DNA of 64,000 nucleotides from Syntrophales bacterium (GTDB lineage Bacteria; Desulfobacterota; Syntrophia; Syntrophales; UBA4778): NCBI GenBank assembly GCA_028712885.1, contig JAQTPK010000003.1, positions 11,129 to 75,128 of the forward strand, read 5' to 3'. Shown piece by piece: positions 26,528 to 35,341 of this stretch (position 1 is its first letter; each line of letters starts with the position of its first letter). The notes under the pieces were generated by a model. It saw only the letters and a program-made list of their open reading frames with translations, ran no database searches and was not told where the DNA came from. The position numbers and the translations under genes were made by a program.

Positions 26528-28189
26528 ATGCCGCCAAACCGCCGAAAAACCAGCGGTGATCGCTGGGATCATTTCGAGATCCGGAACCGGATCGCCGCCA
26601 TTCTCCTGACCGTCGATGACGACCGCATGTATGGAAAAGTGATGGATGTAGTCAGGGATGCATCGGAAAGCCCCTTCGGCGTTTTCGCCTATATCGATGA
26701 TGACGGTTTCGTCGTCGCCCCCTCCCTTTCCCGTAATATCGGTGAAGACCATCTCCAGTCCGAAATACCGATCCGCTTTTCCCCGGACTCCTGGGGAGAT
26801 ACGGCCTGGGGCATTGCAGTCAGGCGGAAGCAAAGCGTCATTTCCAACAGACCGGGAGGAATCCTGCATGGAGACATCCCGATCACCCGAGCGCTCGTCG
26901 CCCCTATCATTTTCCAGGAAAAGGTGCTCGGATTTCTTAAACTCGCCAACCGATCCACCGACTACAACGACCGCGACCGGAAGAATCTTGAAAAGTTGGC
27001 CAATTTTATTGGGCCGCCGCTGCATTCCCGCCTGGACAGGAACCGCCGGGAACGCAATCGGGATAAAATCGAAGAAGTCCTGCTGAAAAGCAAAAGCCGG
27101 CTCACGGCGCTGATGGGGAATTCCACCGGCATGGCGTACCAATGCCTTAACGAGCCGGATGGGACAATGCTTTTCGTCGGAGGAGAATGCAGAGAGCTTA
27201 CAGGGTATGACGTGAAGGATTTTATTTCCGGCAGCGTCCGCCTCGCATTTCTTGTTCATGATCATGACGTGGGCAGGGTGTGGGAAGAAATCAGGACCAA
27301 GCTGCATAAAAAACTTCCCTTTGAGTCTATCTATCGCATCCGATCGAGGGATTCCGGGAGCAAATGGGTCTGGGAGCAGGGACGCGGACTCTATGACGAC
27401 GACGGAAAGCTGGTTGCGGTCGAGGGCTTTATCTCGGACATCTCCGAGCTGAAGCATACTGAAGAAGAAAACAGAAAATCTTATTCCCAGATCAAGTCCA
27501 TGGCCGCAAGGCTCGAGGGCGTCCGGGAGGAAGAGAGAAGGAAACTGGCGAGGACTCTTCACGACGACCTGGGACAGACCCTGGCCGGACTTCGGTTCGA
27601 TCTTTACTGGCTGCTGAAAAAGATCCCGGAAAATCAGGCCTGCCTGAGGGATAAAATCAGGACGATGATGGAATATGTCGAACCCGCAATTTCGAAGGTC
27701 CGCAGCATTTACACGGAATTGCGCCCCTGGATCCTCGAAGAACTTGGACTGATTGACGCCATCGAATATGAAATCGATTCTTTCAAGCTGCGCAGCTGCC
27801 TGCGCGTGGAATTTGAGACCCGCTTCGATTTTGACGAACACAGTCTGAGCCGGGAGGAAAAGACTGCCATCTACCGGATAATACAGGAAGCCCTGAAGAA
27901 CATATACATCCATTCAGAGGCCACCCGCGTCCGGATCAGCCTGACAGAGAATGGCGCGGGGGTCCGCCTGCGCATTCAGGACAACGGAAAAGGCTTCCTC
28001 TCGTCGGACCTGAAAAAACCCTCTTCCTCAGGCGTCATGCTGATGAAGGAGCGCATCGCGATTCTCGGAGGGATTTTCGAGCTGTCGGGCAATCCGGGAC
28101 GAGGAACCATGCTTACGGCCGAAATTCCGGCGGCAGGCCCCGCTGTCTGCGGCAGGTACGGATCGGAAACAACAGGCCGCGTTACGTGA
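26528..28189 (+). CDS. Cytoplasmic sensor histidine kinase, GAF-PAS-HisKA_3-HATPase (NarL-partner type), orphan
   Basis: H-box LARTLHDDLGQTLAGLRF (HisKA_3); PAS-like STGMAYQCLNEPDGTMLFVGGECRELTGY...; C-terminal NGKGF...GGIFELSGNPGRGTMLTAEIP ATPase motifs. No LuxR-type regulator is adjacent. Confidence 0.8.
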   Translation: MPPNRRKTSGDRWDHFEIRNRIAAILLTVDDDRMYGKVMDVVRDASESPFGVFAYIDDDGFVVAPSLSRNIGEDHLQSEIPIRFSPDSWGDTAWGIAVRRKQSVISNRPGGILHGDIPITRALVAPIIFQEKVLGFLKLANRSTDYNDRDRKNLEKLANFIGPPLHSRLDRNRRERNRDKIEEVLLKSKSRLTALMGNSTGMAYQCLNEPDGTMLFVGGECRELTGYDVKDFISGSVRLAFLVHDHDVGRVWEEIRTKLHKKLPFESIYRIRSRDSGSKWVWEQGRGLYDDDGKLVAVEGFISDISELKHTEEENRKSYSQIKSMAARLEGVREEERRKLARTLHDDLGQTLAGLRFDLYWLLKKIPENQACLRDKIRTMMEYVEPAISKVRSIYTELRPWILEELGLIDAIEYEIDSFKLRSCLRVEFETRFDFDEHSLSREEKTAIYRIIQEALKNIYIHSEATRVRISLTENGAGVRLRIQDNGKGFLSSDLKKPSSSGVMLMKERIAILGGIFELSGNPGRGTMLTAEIPAAGPAVCGRYGSETTGRVT

Positions 28190-28211
28190 GAAGTCCGCGG
28201 CCCGGAAGAAA

Positions 28212-28430
28212 GAAGCTGAGAAGCTGAGAGGCTGAGAAAAAAAATGAAGATCCGAAGTTGCGAAGATGCGAGGATAGGCGGCGGGGGCTTCTCACCGCTG
28301 AGGGGCTGATAAGGTGAGGATTTGACCTGTGACGGAATAAAACCCGTCTCAAAGTCCTTTCCCGCCTTTCCCGCATTTCGCGCTTTTCCCGCCTAAATTG
28401 ACGCAACAGACGCAATAGACGCGAAACGCA
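28212..28430. repeat. Composite array of degenerate tandem word repeats (modules S1, S4, S2, S3)
   Basis: S1 gaagctgagaagctgagaggctgaga (28212-28237); S4 gaagttgcgaagatgcgaggatagg (28254-28278); S2 cctttcccgcctttcccgcatttcgcgcttttcccgcc (28356-28393); S3 gacgcaacagacgcaatagacgcgaaacgca (28400-28430). The same modules recur at 46491-46646 and elsewhere. Confidence 0.85.
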
Positions 28431-28453
28431 AAGACCCCTTCCCCGCCCCAGGT

Positions 28454-28539
28454 GTCATTTCGAATCCGCCGAGGCGGATGAGAAATCTTTTGGACTGATT
28501 GACTGAAAGATTTCTCGTCGCTTCGCTCCTCGAAATGAC
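28454..28539 (+). mobile_element. 86-bp palindromic MITE-like element, copy A
   Basis: GTCATTTCGA...TCGAAATGAC termini and inner GAGAAATCTTT/AAAGATTTCTC inverted repeat; near-identical 86-bp copy at 46286-46371, half copy at 43904-43953. Confidence 0.8.
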
Positions 28540-28631
28540 ATATAGAGTGCTCCTCGACCCCTTGAACCCTCTTTATCTTTTCCCGCTGTTAAAGTTTCCG
28601 CAGGCTGGGCCGATAAAAACATAGGGAGAGC

Positions 28632-30920
28632 TTGTCCAGAAAGAGGCCCGGGCCGATGGCCCCGTTGAAAATCAGGCAATTGATCAAGAAGCAGAATATT
28701 GCTGTCTTTGTATTCAGCGCTGCTCTGTTCTTCTACGTCTTTTATCTCGTAATATTTCGTGATTCCCGCCAGTTATGGCCTCAGATCCAGCCCTGGCACC
28801 TCTTTCTCCTGCTGGGACTTACCGCAGCCGTGATCCTGGCGGCGTCCCTTCTCGCCCGTAATCGCGTCAGATTCATACAGGAGCTGGAGAAGACCGAACA
28901 GGAACTGCGCAGAAGCGAGGAGACATACCGCCGGCTCGTGGAAACCTCGCCCGACGCCATCTCGCTTCTTGACCGGCAAATGTATTTCACGGCGATCAAC
29001 CGTTCGGGCGCCTTACTTTACGGGGCCGAAAACCTGGCGGAGATGACCGGCAGGAACATTCTCCATTTCGTCGCGGAAGGGGACCATGCCCGCATCAGGA
29101 ACTCCCTTGAAAACCTGCAGCCGGAAACCGTGGACAGCCTGGAATTTGAAATCTCCCGCCGGGACGGCTCGCGGCTCCCGGTCGAAGCAAGGATTTCCCG
29201 CATCGGCCATGACTCCGGCGATATCATCATGGTCACCCGCGACGTCAGCGGCAGGATAGAGGCGGAACAGCTTTACCGCACTCTCATGGAGCGCTCGCTT
29301 GCCGCCGTATACCTGATCCAGGACGGACGGCTTATTTTTGTGAACTCAAATGCGGCGACGGCCCTCGGCTATTCCCGACTGGAGCTGCTGAACAAGGATT
29401 CCCGGCTGTTCATCCATCCTGAAGACAGGGAGCGGGTAAAAAACAACGCCGTCGAAATGCTGCGCGGGACCCGCAATTCCCCGTACGAATACCGGATCGT
29501 GATCAAGGACGGATCAATCCGCTGGATCATGGAAACCGTTACTTCCGTCCATTACTGGGGAAGGCGCGCCGTTCTCGCCAACAGCATGGACATATCCGAT
29601 CTCAAGACATCCCAAAGCCGCCTTGAGGAGCTCTCCGCGCTCAGGGCTTCGCTCCTCACCTCGCTTCCCAACGCGGTTATCGGGCTGCAGGACCGGCGCA
29701 TTCTCTTCGTCAACGACGCGGTGGAATCGGTCTTCGGGTGGAAGCCGGAAGAACTGATCGGCCTGTCGACCCGCATTCTCTACAACAGCGACAATGATTT
29801 TGAAGAAATCGGGAAGCTGCTGTATTCGAAGCTGGCGGGCGGCGGCAAATCAATCGGCAGCATCGACTTTCCCTGCCGGCACAAGGACGGCCGCATCATC
29901 CTGTGCCAGATCATGGGCTCCCGCGTCGAGAGCCCCGGCGGCGGGGACAAATTTGTCATTACATACGTGGATCTGACGGAAAAGCTGGAGGCCCAGGAGG
30001 CTTTGCGCTTCTCCGAGCAGATGCTCAGGGATTATGCGGACAACCTTGAAGAGCGGGTGCGGCAGCGCACGGCGGAGCTGGAGGAGGCGCGGATGGAAGC
30101 GGAGGAGGCGAATGTCGCAAAATCCGTTTTCCTTGCCAATATGAGCCATGAACTGCGGACGCCTCTCAATTCGATTATCGGCTTCTCGGAAGTCCTTTCC
30201 GACCGGCTTTTCGGCGACCTGAACCAGAAGCAGATGGAATACCTGAGCTACATACTGGGAAGCGGGAAACACCTTCTCAACCTCATAAACGACATACTGG
30301 ATCTCTCCAAGGTGGAATCGGGGAAAATGGAGCTGGAACTGAGCCGCTTCTCCCTGCGGGAAATTCTGCTGGGCTCCACCCACATGCTGAAGGAGAGAAC
30401 GCAAAGGCACAGGATAGACATTTCCGTGTCGATAGATCCCGGCACTCCTGAAGAGATAGAAGCGGACGAAAGAAAATTCAAGCAGATCCTTTTCAATCTC
30501 ATCAGCAATGCCGTCAAGTTCACTCCTGACGGAGGGAGGGTCTTGCTGCATGCCGGGATAGAGTTCAGGAAAAAAACGAAACTCGTCAGGATATCCGTCG
30601 AGGATTCGGGAATAGGGATCAGAGCCGAGGACATCCCGCACCTGTTCCAGCCGTTCTCCCAGTTCAACACTCCCTATACCAAGCCCCGGGAAGGGACGGG
30701 ACTGGGCCTCGCCCTGACCAGGAAACTGGTAATTCTTCATAATGGACGCATCGAGGCGGAAAGCGAATACGGGAAAGGGAGCCGTTTCACGTTCTGGGTC
30801 CCTGTTTCCCGGGACAACCAAACCGACCAGGCAGCGGACAGGGAAGAATATGAAAAAAATACTGATCGCGGAAGACAATTTGCTCAGCCGGGAGCTCCTG
30901 AAGGACATACTCACGTATGA
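28632..30920 (+). CDS. Membrane-anchored multi-PAS sensor histidine kinase (HisKA + HATPase)
   Basis: TTG 28632 (alternative ATG 28656); two N-terminal TM segments, several PAS-like blocks, H-box ANMSHELRTPLNSIIGFSE, N/G boxes LISNAVKFTP, DSGIGI, GTGLGLAL, GKGSRFTFWVP. Confidence 0.85.
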   Translation: MSRKRPGPMAPLKIRQLIKKQNIAVFVFSAALFFYVFYLVIFRDSRQLWPQIQPWHLFLLLGLTAAVILAASLLARNRVRFIQELEKTEQELRRSEETYRRLVETSPDAISLLDRQMYFTAINRSGALLYGAENLAEMTGRNILHFVAEGDHARIRNSLENLQPETVDSLEFEISRRDGSRLPVEARISRIGHDSGDIIMVTRDVSGRIEAEQLYRTLMERSLAAVYLIQDGRLIFVNSNAATALGYSRLELLNKDSRLFIHPEDRERVKNNAVEMLRGTRNSPYEYRIVIKDGSIRWIMETVTSVHYWGRRAVLANSMDISDLKTSQSRLEELSALRASLLTSLPNAVIGLQDRRILFVNDAVESVFGWKPEELIGLSTRILYNSDNDFEEIGKLLYSKLAGGGKSIGSIDFPCRHKDGRIILCQIMGSRVESPGGGDKFVITYVDLTEKLEAQEALRFSEQMLRDYADNLEERVRQRTAELEEARMEAEEANVAKSVFLANMSHELRTPLNSIIGFSEVLSDRLFGDLNQKQMEYLSYILGSGKHLLNLINDILDLSKVESGKMELELSRFSLREILLGSTHMLKERTQRHRIDISVSIDPGTPEEIEADERKFKQILFNLISNAVKFTPDGGRVLLHAGIEFRKKTKLVRISVEDSGIGIRAEDIPHLFQPFSQFNTPYTKPREGTGLGLALTRKLVILHNGRIEAESEYGKGSRFTFWVPVSRDNQTDQAADREEYEKNTDRGRQFAQPGAPEGHTHV

Positions 30921-31239
30921 CGGATATGAAATCCTGGAAGCGGAGGACGGAGAAACCGCGGTGGAAAAGACCCGGCTCCACAAGCCCGGCCTCGTCTTCA
31001 TGGATATTCAGATGCCGGTCATGGACGGGTACGCGGCTATCCGGAACCTTCGCAGCGACCCCGTGACGAAGGAAATCCCGATCGTCGTGGTTACGTCGTT
31101 CGCAATGAAGGGCGACCGGGATAAAGCGCTTGCGGCGGGGGCCGACGAGTATATTTCAAAGCCGTTCGACACGAGATACATCAGAAAAATCGCGGCGGAC
31201 GCCGTCCGCGGCGGGAGGAAAAATTTCAGCCATGGATAA
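30850..31239 (+). CDS. Single-domain CheY-like response regulator
   Basis: Track start 30742 is an extension; ATG 30850 gives MKKILIAEDNLLSRELL...LVFMDIQMPVMDG...VVVTSFAMKGD...ISKPF. Overlaps the kinase 3' end by 71 nt. Confidence 0.85.
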   Translation: MKKILIAEDNLLSRELLKDILTYDGYEILEAEDGETAVEKTRLHKPGLVFMDIQMPVMDGYAAIRNLRSDPVTKEIPIVVVTSFAMKGDRDKALAAGADEYISKPFDTRYIRKIAADAVRGGRKNFSHG

Positions 31240-32761
31240 CAGAAAACCGAGGATACTCTGCGTAGACGATGAGAAAGCGAATCTCCTTCTCCTCCAGGCC
31301 GTTCTGACCCCGCGGGGTTACGACGTCGTCCAGGCGCGAAGCGGCAGGGAAGCCCTGGAAGCCGTGCAGGAACAGCCCATCGATCTGGCGCTGCTCGACG
31401 TGATGATGCCGGAAATGGACGGGTATACCGTATGCCGGAGAATCAAGAGCGACAGCGCCAAGCAGTATATTCCGGTGGTGATGGTCACGGCGCTCACGTC
31501 GAAGCAGGACAAGATCCGCGGCATCGAGGCGGGTGCGGAGGATTTTATCTCCAAACCCTTCGATCAGCAGGAAGTGCTCGCCCGGATTTCCATGCTCCTG
31601 AAGATGAAGGAAATGTTCACCCGCCTCCAGTGCGCCTATCTCAATATAAACAGCCTGACCTCCTTCGGCGAGGAACTGATCGGGACGTTCGATCCGCTCA
31701 GATTCGATTTTCTCCAGAAGGTCGACAGCATCGTCAACCAGATAATCCGGAAAAGCTCGGACAGGATTGAAAAACCGCTGATGGTCATCGTCGGGGCCAG
31801 GCAGGAAAAGGAATACCAGTGGCTCCAGTATGAGGCCTCCTACCGTGAATTGAACCGCGTCAACCTCGAGGCAAGGCTCGGCTCATTCCTGCCGTTTATC
31901 GAGAAGGGCAAATCCAAGGCGTTTTTCAGCAATGGGCCCGACAGGGCCGGGCTGGAAATCCAGCCCCTTCTCGACAAGCTCAGGGACCTGAAAATCAAAG
32001 TGGACAACATTGTTTCGTATTTAAGCAGCGACCTCTGCATTCTCGCCCTGAACTATGGAAGGGCAGTGACTACTTACGACGCATCGGTCCTGAACAGCAT
32101 GGTGCTGCAGAGCCTCTTCCTGCGGTCGCTCTCCAACCAGATCCGCGAAGTGGAGGATTCATTCGAATACACCGTTCATGCGCTCGCCCGCTCGGCCGAA
32201 GTGAACGAAGACGCCAACCACATCCTGCGCGTCGGGGAATTCTGCGCCGTAATAGCGGAATTGTTGCAGATGGATCCGGAATTCATCAAGTCCATCAGGC
32301 TCCAGGCCGCGCTGCACGACGTCGGGAAGCTGCATATCCACCCCGATATCCTGCGGAAGCCGGATCAGCTGTCGCCGGGGGAATGGAGGTCGATGAAGCT
32401 TCATCCCCAGTATGGAACAAGGATCATCGGGGACCATTCGCGCCTGAAAATGGCGAAGGATATTGCGCTCACGCATCATGAAAACTGGGACGGAAGCGGC
32501 TACCCCTCCTCGCTTCAGGGCGAGAGAATACCGGTCGCCGGGCGCATCGCGGCGATCGCCGACCGCTACGACGCCCTGCGGAGCAAAAGCGCGCACAAGC
32601 CGGCATTCAGCCACGCCCAGGCCTGCAAGGTGCTCCTCGAAGGCGACGGCCGCACCCGGCCCACGCATTTCGATCCGAAGGTGCTCAAGGTTTTCCGGGC
32701 CCTTGCTCCCAAATTCGAAGAGATCTACGACAAACTGAAGGCCGACCGCCGGCGGGATTAA
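31232..32761 (+). CDS. Response regulator with HD-GYP phosphodiesterase output (RpfG-like) and about 200-aa uncharacterised middle domain
   Basis: ATG 31232 (track start 31130 is an extension). REC: RILCVDDEKANLL...LALLDVMMPEMDG...ISKPF. HD-GYP: AALHDVGKL...HHENWDGSGYP...IADRYDAL. Confidence 0.85.
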   Translation: MDNRKPRILCVDDEKANLLLLQAVLTPRGYDVVQARSGREALEAVQEQPIDLALLDVMMPEMDGYTVCRRIKSDSAKQYIPVVMVTALTSKQDKIRGIEAGAEDFISKPFDQQEVLARISMLLKMKEMFTRLQCAYLNINSLTSFGEELIGTFDPLRFDFLQKVDSIVNQIIRKSSDRIEKPLMVIVGARQEKEYQWLQYEASYRELNRVNLEARLGSFLPFIEKGKSKAFFSNGPDRAGLEIQPLLDKLRDLKIKVDNIVSYLSSDLCILALNYGRAVTTYDASVLNSMVLQSLFLRSLSNQIREVEDSFEYTVHALARSAEVNEDANHILRVGEFCAVIAELLQMDPEFIKSIRLQAALHDVGKLHIHPDILRKPDQLSPGEWRSMKLHPQYGTRIIGDHSRLKMAKDIALTHHENWDGSGYPSSLQGERIPVAGRIAAIADRYDALRSKSAHKPAFSHAQACKVLLEGDGRTRPTHFDPKVLKVFRALAPKFEEIYDKLKADRRRD

Positions 32762-32768
32762 ATTTCCT

Positions 32769-32872
32769 GAGTCTCAAGTTCCAGGTCTCATGTTGAAAAC
32801 CGAAAAGCACCGAACGGCCTTTTTAAGAACCCCTCTCCTGTTCGATAACTCGAGACTAGGGACTCGAAACTT
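32769..32872. repeat. Inverted pair of S8 word repeats
   Basis: gagtctcaagttccaggtctca (32769-32790) and ctcgagactagggactcgaaactt (32849-32872), roughly complementary. Confidence 0.7.
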
Positions 32873-32875
32873 AAT

Positions 32876-32913
32876 AAAAAAGCCCAGGCTATTCCGCCTG
32901 GGCTTTTTTTATT
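32876..32913 (+). terminator. Rho-independent terminator (A-tract/hairpin/T-tract, potentially bidirectional)
   Basis: aaaaAGCCCAGGC-tattcc-GCCTGGGCTttttttatt. Confidence 0.75.
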
Positions 32914-32916
32914 ATT

Positions 32917-32943
32917 TGTTAGCGGGGGCAGGATTTGAACCTG
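32917..32943 (-). repeat. Duplicate of the 3' end of tRNA-fMet (att-like direct repeat, left)
   Basis: tgttagcgggggcaggatttgaacctg matches 35691-35717 (tRNA 3' end) at 26 of 27 positions; the T-rich flank and a preceding hairpin architecture are also similar. Confidence 0.8.
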
Positions 32944-32969
32944 TTCCATTAGAAAACGGTTTGAAGAAA

Positions 32970-33326
32970 TTACCCTAAATCTTTGATCGACTGTTCGCGG
33001 ATGATTCTTTCGATGGGCTTCTCAATCGCGGATATGCGCTCGGTAATCAACGACCAGATCGATTTGTAATCCACGCCAAAATAGCCGTGAATAAGTTTGT
33101 CGCGCATTCCCGCCATTCTCTTCCAGGGGACCTCCGGATATTTCTCGCGCACTTCTTCAGGCAGATTTTTTGCGGCTTCTCCGATAATCTCCAGGCTTCT
33201 TACAACCGCATTCCGCCGCATGTTATCCTTGATGAATGTCTCATAGGTCTGGCCCGCGACAAAAGACTCGATGTCCTTTACCGCATCCAGAATATCATTC
33301 AGATAATCCAGCCAGATTCTTTTCAC
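32970..33326 (-). CDS. hepT: HepT (DUF86) toxin of HepT/MNT type VII toxin-antitoxin pair
   Basis: 118 aa; Rx4HxY motif in [10 protein letters not shown]; 4-nt overlap with the upstream MNT gene. Confidence 0.8.
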   Translation of the reverse strand: MKRIWLDYLNDILDAVKDIESFVAGQTYETFIKDNMRRNAVVRSLEIIGEAAKNLPEEVREKYPEVPWKRMAGMRDKLIHGYFGVDYKSIWSLITERISAIEKPIERIIREQSIKDLG

Positions 33327-33616
33327 AGATATTGAACCTCTTTCAATATTGCTTTCCCTATATGGGGCTTCAGGGCATTTTTGGAAACGAGATCGACCTT
33401 TCTGCCGGAAACCTCGGAAAGCCTTTCTTCCAGGTCCAAAAACCGAAACAGGTCAATCGGTTGCTCGAAAACAACGAGCATATCGATATCGCTGTCGATC
33501 CGTTCCTCTCCGCGAACCAGTGATCCAAAAATTCCCAGTTCCTTGATATGAAACTCCTTCGCCAATTCCTTTTTATATTTTTTGATTTCGCTGACGATGC
33601 GGTCAATTTCCTTCAC
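33323..33616 (-). CDS. mntA: MNT nucleotidyltransferase antitoxin
   Basis: GTG start 33616 with GAGGT SD; [21 protein letters not shown] (GSx10DxD minimal nucleotidyltransferase motif). Confidence 0.8.
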   Translation of the reverse strand: MKEIDRIVSEIKKYKKELAKEFHIKELGIFGSLVRGEERIDSDIDMLVVFEQPIDLFRFLDLEERLSEVSGRKVDLVSKNALKPHIGKAILKEVQYL

Positions 33617-33742
33617 GTCCGTACCTCGCAGTGAAAATGCCTTTCATACTTTCCTTTGCAACTGCTCACAGTGGCCGATCTTTTTATAAACTGTTATCGG
33701 AATTGCCGCAAGGATTTCCGTACGGCCTGCTTCATTGCGTTA

Positions 33743-34604
33743 TTACATCTCGATTCGCTTTACTATGTCCCGGAAAAACTCTTTCGACCAGACGGCAAGC
33801 GATTCCGGATCTCTCACGAAAGGTTCCACTTCTTTCCTGGCCTGATCGATATGCAGTTTCTCGATTGAGCCGTCCAGCAATGCTGAAAATCCTTTTCGGC
33901 TCAGTGTTTCACCCTTCTTCAAATGCCCGCTCTGAATCATGCGCTCCTGCAGATGGCTCAAATGAAGTTGAGGGTGATGGGCAATGTACCACACGAGGTC
34001 ATACCAGTCCCTCCCCTTCACTCGGCTCTTCCACTGCCTGCACAGGACGGCGTGCATATTGCCGGCGAAAAGGTCGGGGAGCACAAAGGTCCTGACCGGA
34101 AAGGGGATCGGCTGAAGAAGATATTTATTTTCCGTACCAACCGGGGGGCGGGTCCGTGTCGATCTCCAGCTTGATCTTGATCACCTGTCCTCGGGAAATC
34201 TCCCGGACAATGCGCTCAGCTGCCTGAATCACCAGGAGCTGCTTCGTCGTATCAGCCTTCAGAAAGGCCGACTGGATCTGAGTCGTCGCGCTCTTTTCTC
34301 TCGCGGTCAGACTTACCTCAAATCCAAAGGACTGGACCTCCTTTTCCAGGGAATCCATGTAGCGGGAAAGATCGAACCCCTCGCTTCGTTTGAGGAGGGA
34401 GAAATCGAGGTCCTCCGAGAATCGATCCAGTCAGTAGAGTCTCCGCAGGGCCGTCCCACCGTAAAAAGCAGCCTTATCGAAAAACTTGCTTCTCCAGAGC
34501 CCGAGAAGGGCGATCTCCTGGAGAATCTCCCGCAGGGCGCGGACAGTATCCGCCCCAGTTGCAGGGTTGTAACGTTCAAGCATTCGGGCGACGGCGCTGT
34601 TCAC
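33743..34604 (-). pseudogene. AbiEii/AbiGii-family nucleotidyltransferase toxin, inactivated (one nonsense codon plus one frameshift)
   Basis: Manual translation from GTG 34604 (overlaps the AbiEi stop): VNSAVARMLERYNP...AAFYGGTALRRLY*LDRFSEDLDFSLL (TGA at 34433-34431 where Gly is expected), continues ...KIKLEIDTDPPPG. A frame change near the G6 run at 34144-34149 then leads into GTENKYLLQPIPFPVRTFVLPDLFAGNMHAVLCRQWKSRVKGRDWYDLVWY (track ORFs 34125-34358 and 33743-34084). Confidence 0.75.
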
Positions 34605-35251
34605 GACCGGTTCCCTTTCTTGAGCTGCCGGATGACAGCACCCAAGAGCTTCATCTTTCGCGACCGGTAATGCTCCGCGATCTCTTGAATTGTTTCCGGG
34701 TTCATCTTTCTGAGTTCTTCGGGCTCTATCCGCAGATTCTCCGTCAGGTACGCCCGCATATCCGACTGCGTGCGCACGGCGGTCCCCCGGTCCTGGTCTA
34801 TCTTGTCACATAGGGCCTTTTCAGAAACGGCGATCAGAAACGAGCGGCCGTCCTCCAGGGTGACTTGATCAATGCCCGTCTGGTAAGCCTTTAAGGGAAT
34901 ACCGCGATAAGTAAAGAGCCCTACTGGTGTGGTGAACTTCCGGCTCCGCTTAATCGTAACAGAGGTAACGGCCTCAACGCGCTCCGGGATCAGGCCGTAA
35001 TAGTGGAGAGCATAATCGAGAGAGATACACGAGGGACCGTAAATCATATTTGCCAAGACCTCTCTCGAAAAGGGCCTCCGGGCATACTTGTCTCCGAAGA
35101 CATAGATTCCCTTCTTGACCCGGATGATCTCCTTTCTCTTGAGGAGCTGCGTTATCCTGTCCCGGGGTTTTTCGTAATTTCGTAAGCTGTCCAGGAGAAC
35201 CTGGTAATCGAACTCCTCGCCCGCTATATTCCTGCGCAATTCATTTATCAT
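34601..35251 (-). CDS. AbiEi-family antitoxin/transcriptional regulator (type IV TA)
   Basis: 216 aa; N-terminus ...ITQLLKRKEIIRVKKGIYVF... winged-helix-like and general AbiEi_4 layout; immediately upstream of the AbiEii remnant. Confidence 0.7.
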   Translation of the reverse strand: MINELRRNIAGEEFDYQVLLDSLRNYEKPRDRITQLLKRKEIIRVKKGIYVFGDKYARRPFSREVLANMIYGPSCISLDYALHYYGLIPERVEAVTSVTIKRSRKFTTPVGLFTYRGIPLKAYQTGIDQVTLEDGRSFLIAVSEKALCDKIDQDRGTAVRTQSDMRAYLTENLRIEPEELRKMNPETIQEIAEHYRSRKMKLLGAVIRQLKKGNRS

Positions 35252-35294
35252 GGCCGGCTGCTCGCTCAGCGAAAAAGATCAGTTTACATAGCAC

Positions 35295-35341
35295 AATCAA
35301 GCACAGTATGTCCACATTTTTTAGACATACTGTGCTTGATT
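35295..35341. promoter_or_regulatory. Perfect 18-bp inverted repeat upstream of abiEi (candidate operator)
   Basis: aatcaagcacagtatgtc (35295-35312), 11-nt AT-rich spacer, gacatactgtgcttgatt (35324-35341); about 45-90 nt upstream of the AbiEi start at 35251. Confidence 0.5.

Noticed and set aside
28212-28430. Could the tandem word arrays be CRISPR arrays?
   Set aside because: The units are only 7-9 nt, directly abutting and degenerate, with no unique spacers of 25-40 nt. No cas genes are present in the window.
34431-34433. In-frame TGA at a conserved Gly position of AbiEii as evidence for UGA=Gly recoding.
   Set aside because: TGA clearly terminates many well-supported genes here (e.g. the thiolase at 3845-3847 and the ATGA overlaps at 13044 and 61597). 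The same gene also carries a frameshift, so a pseudogene is the simpler explanation.
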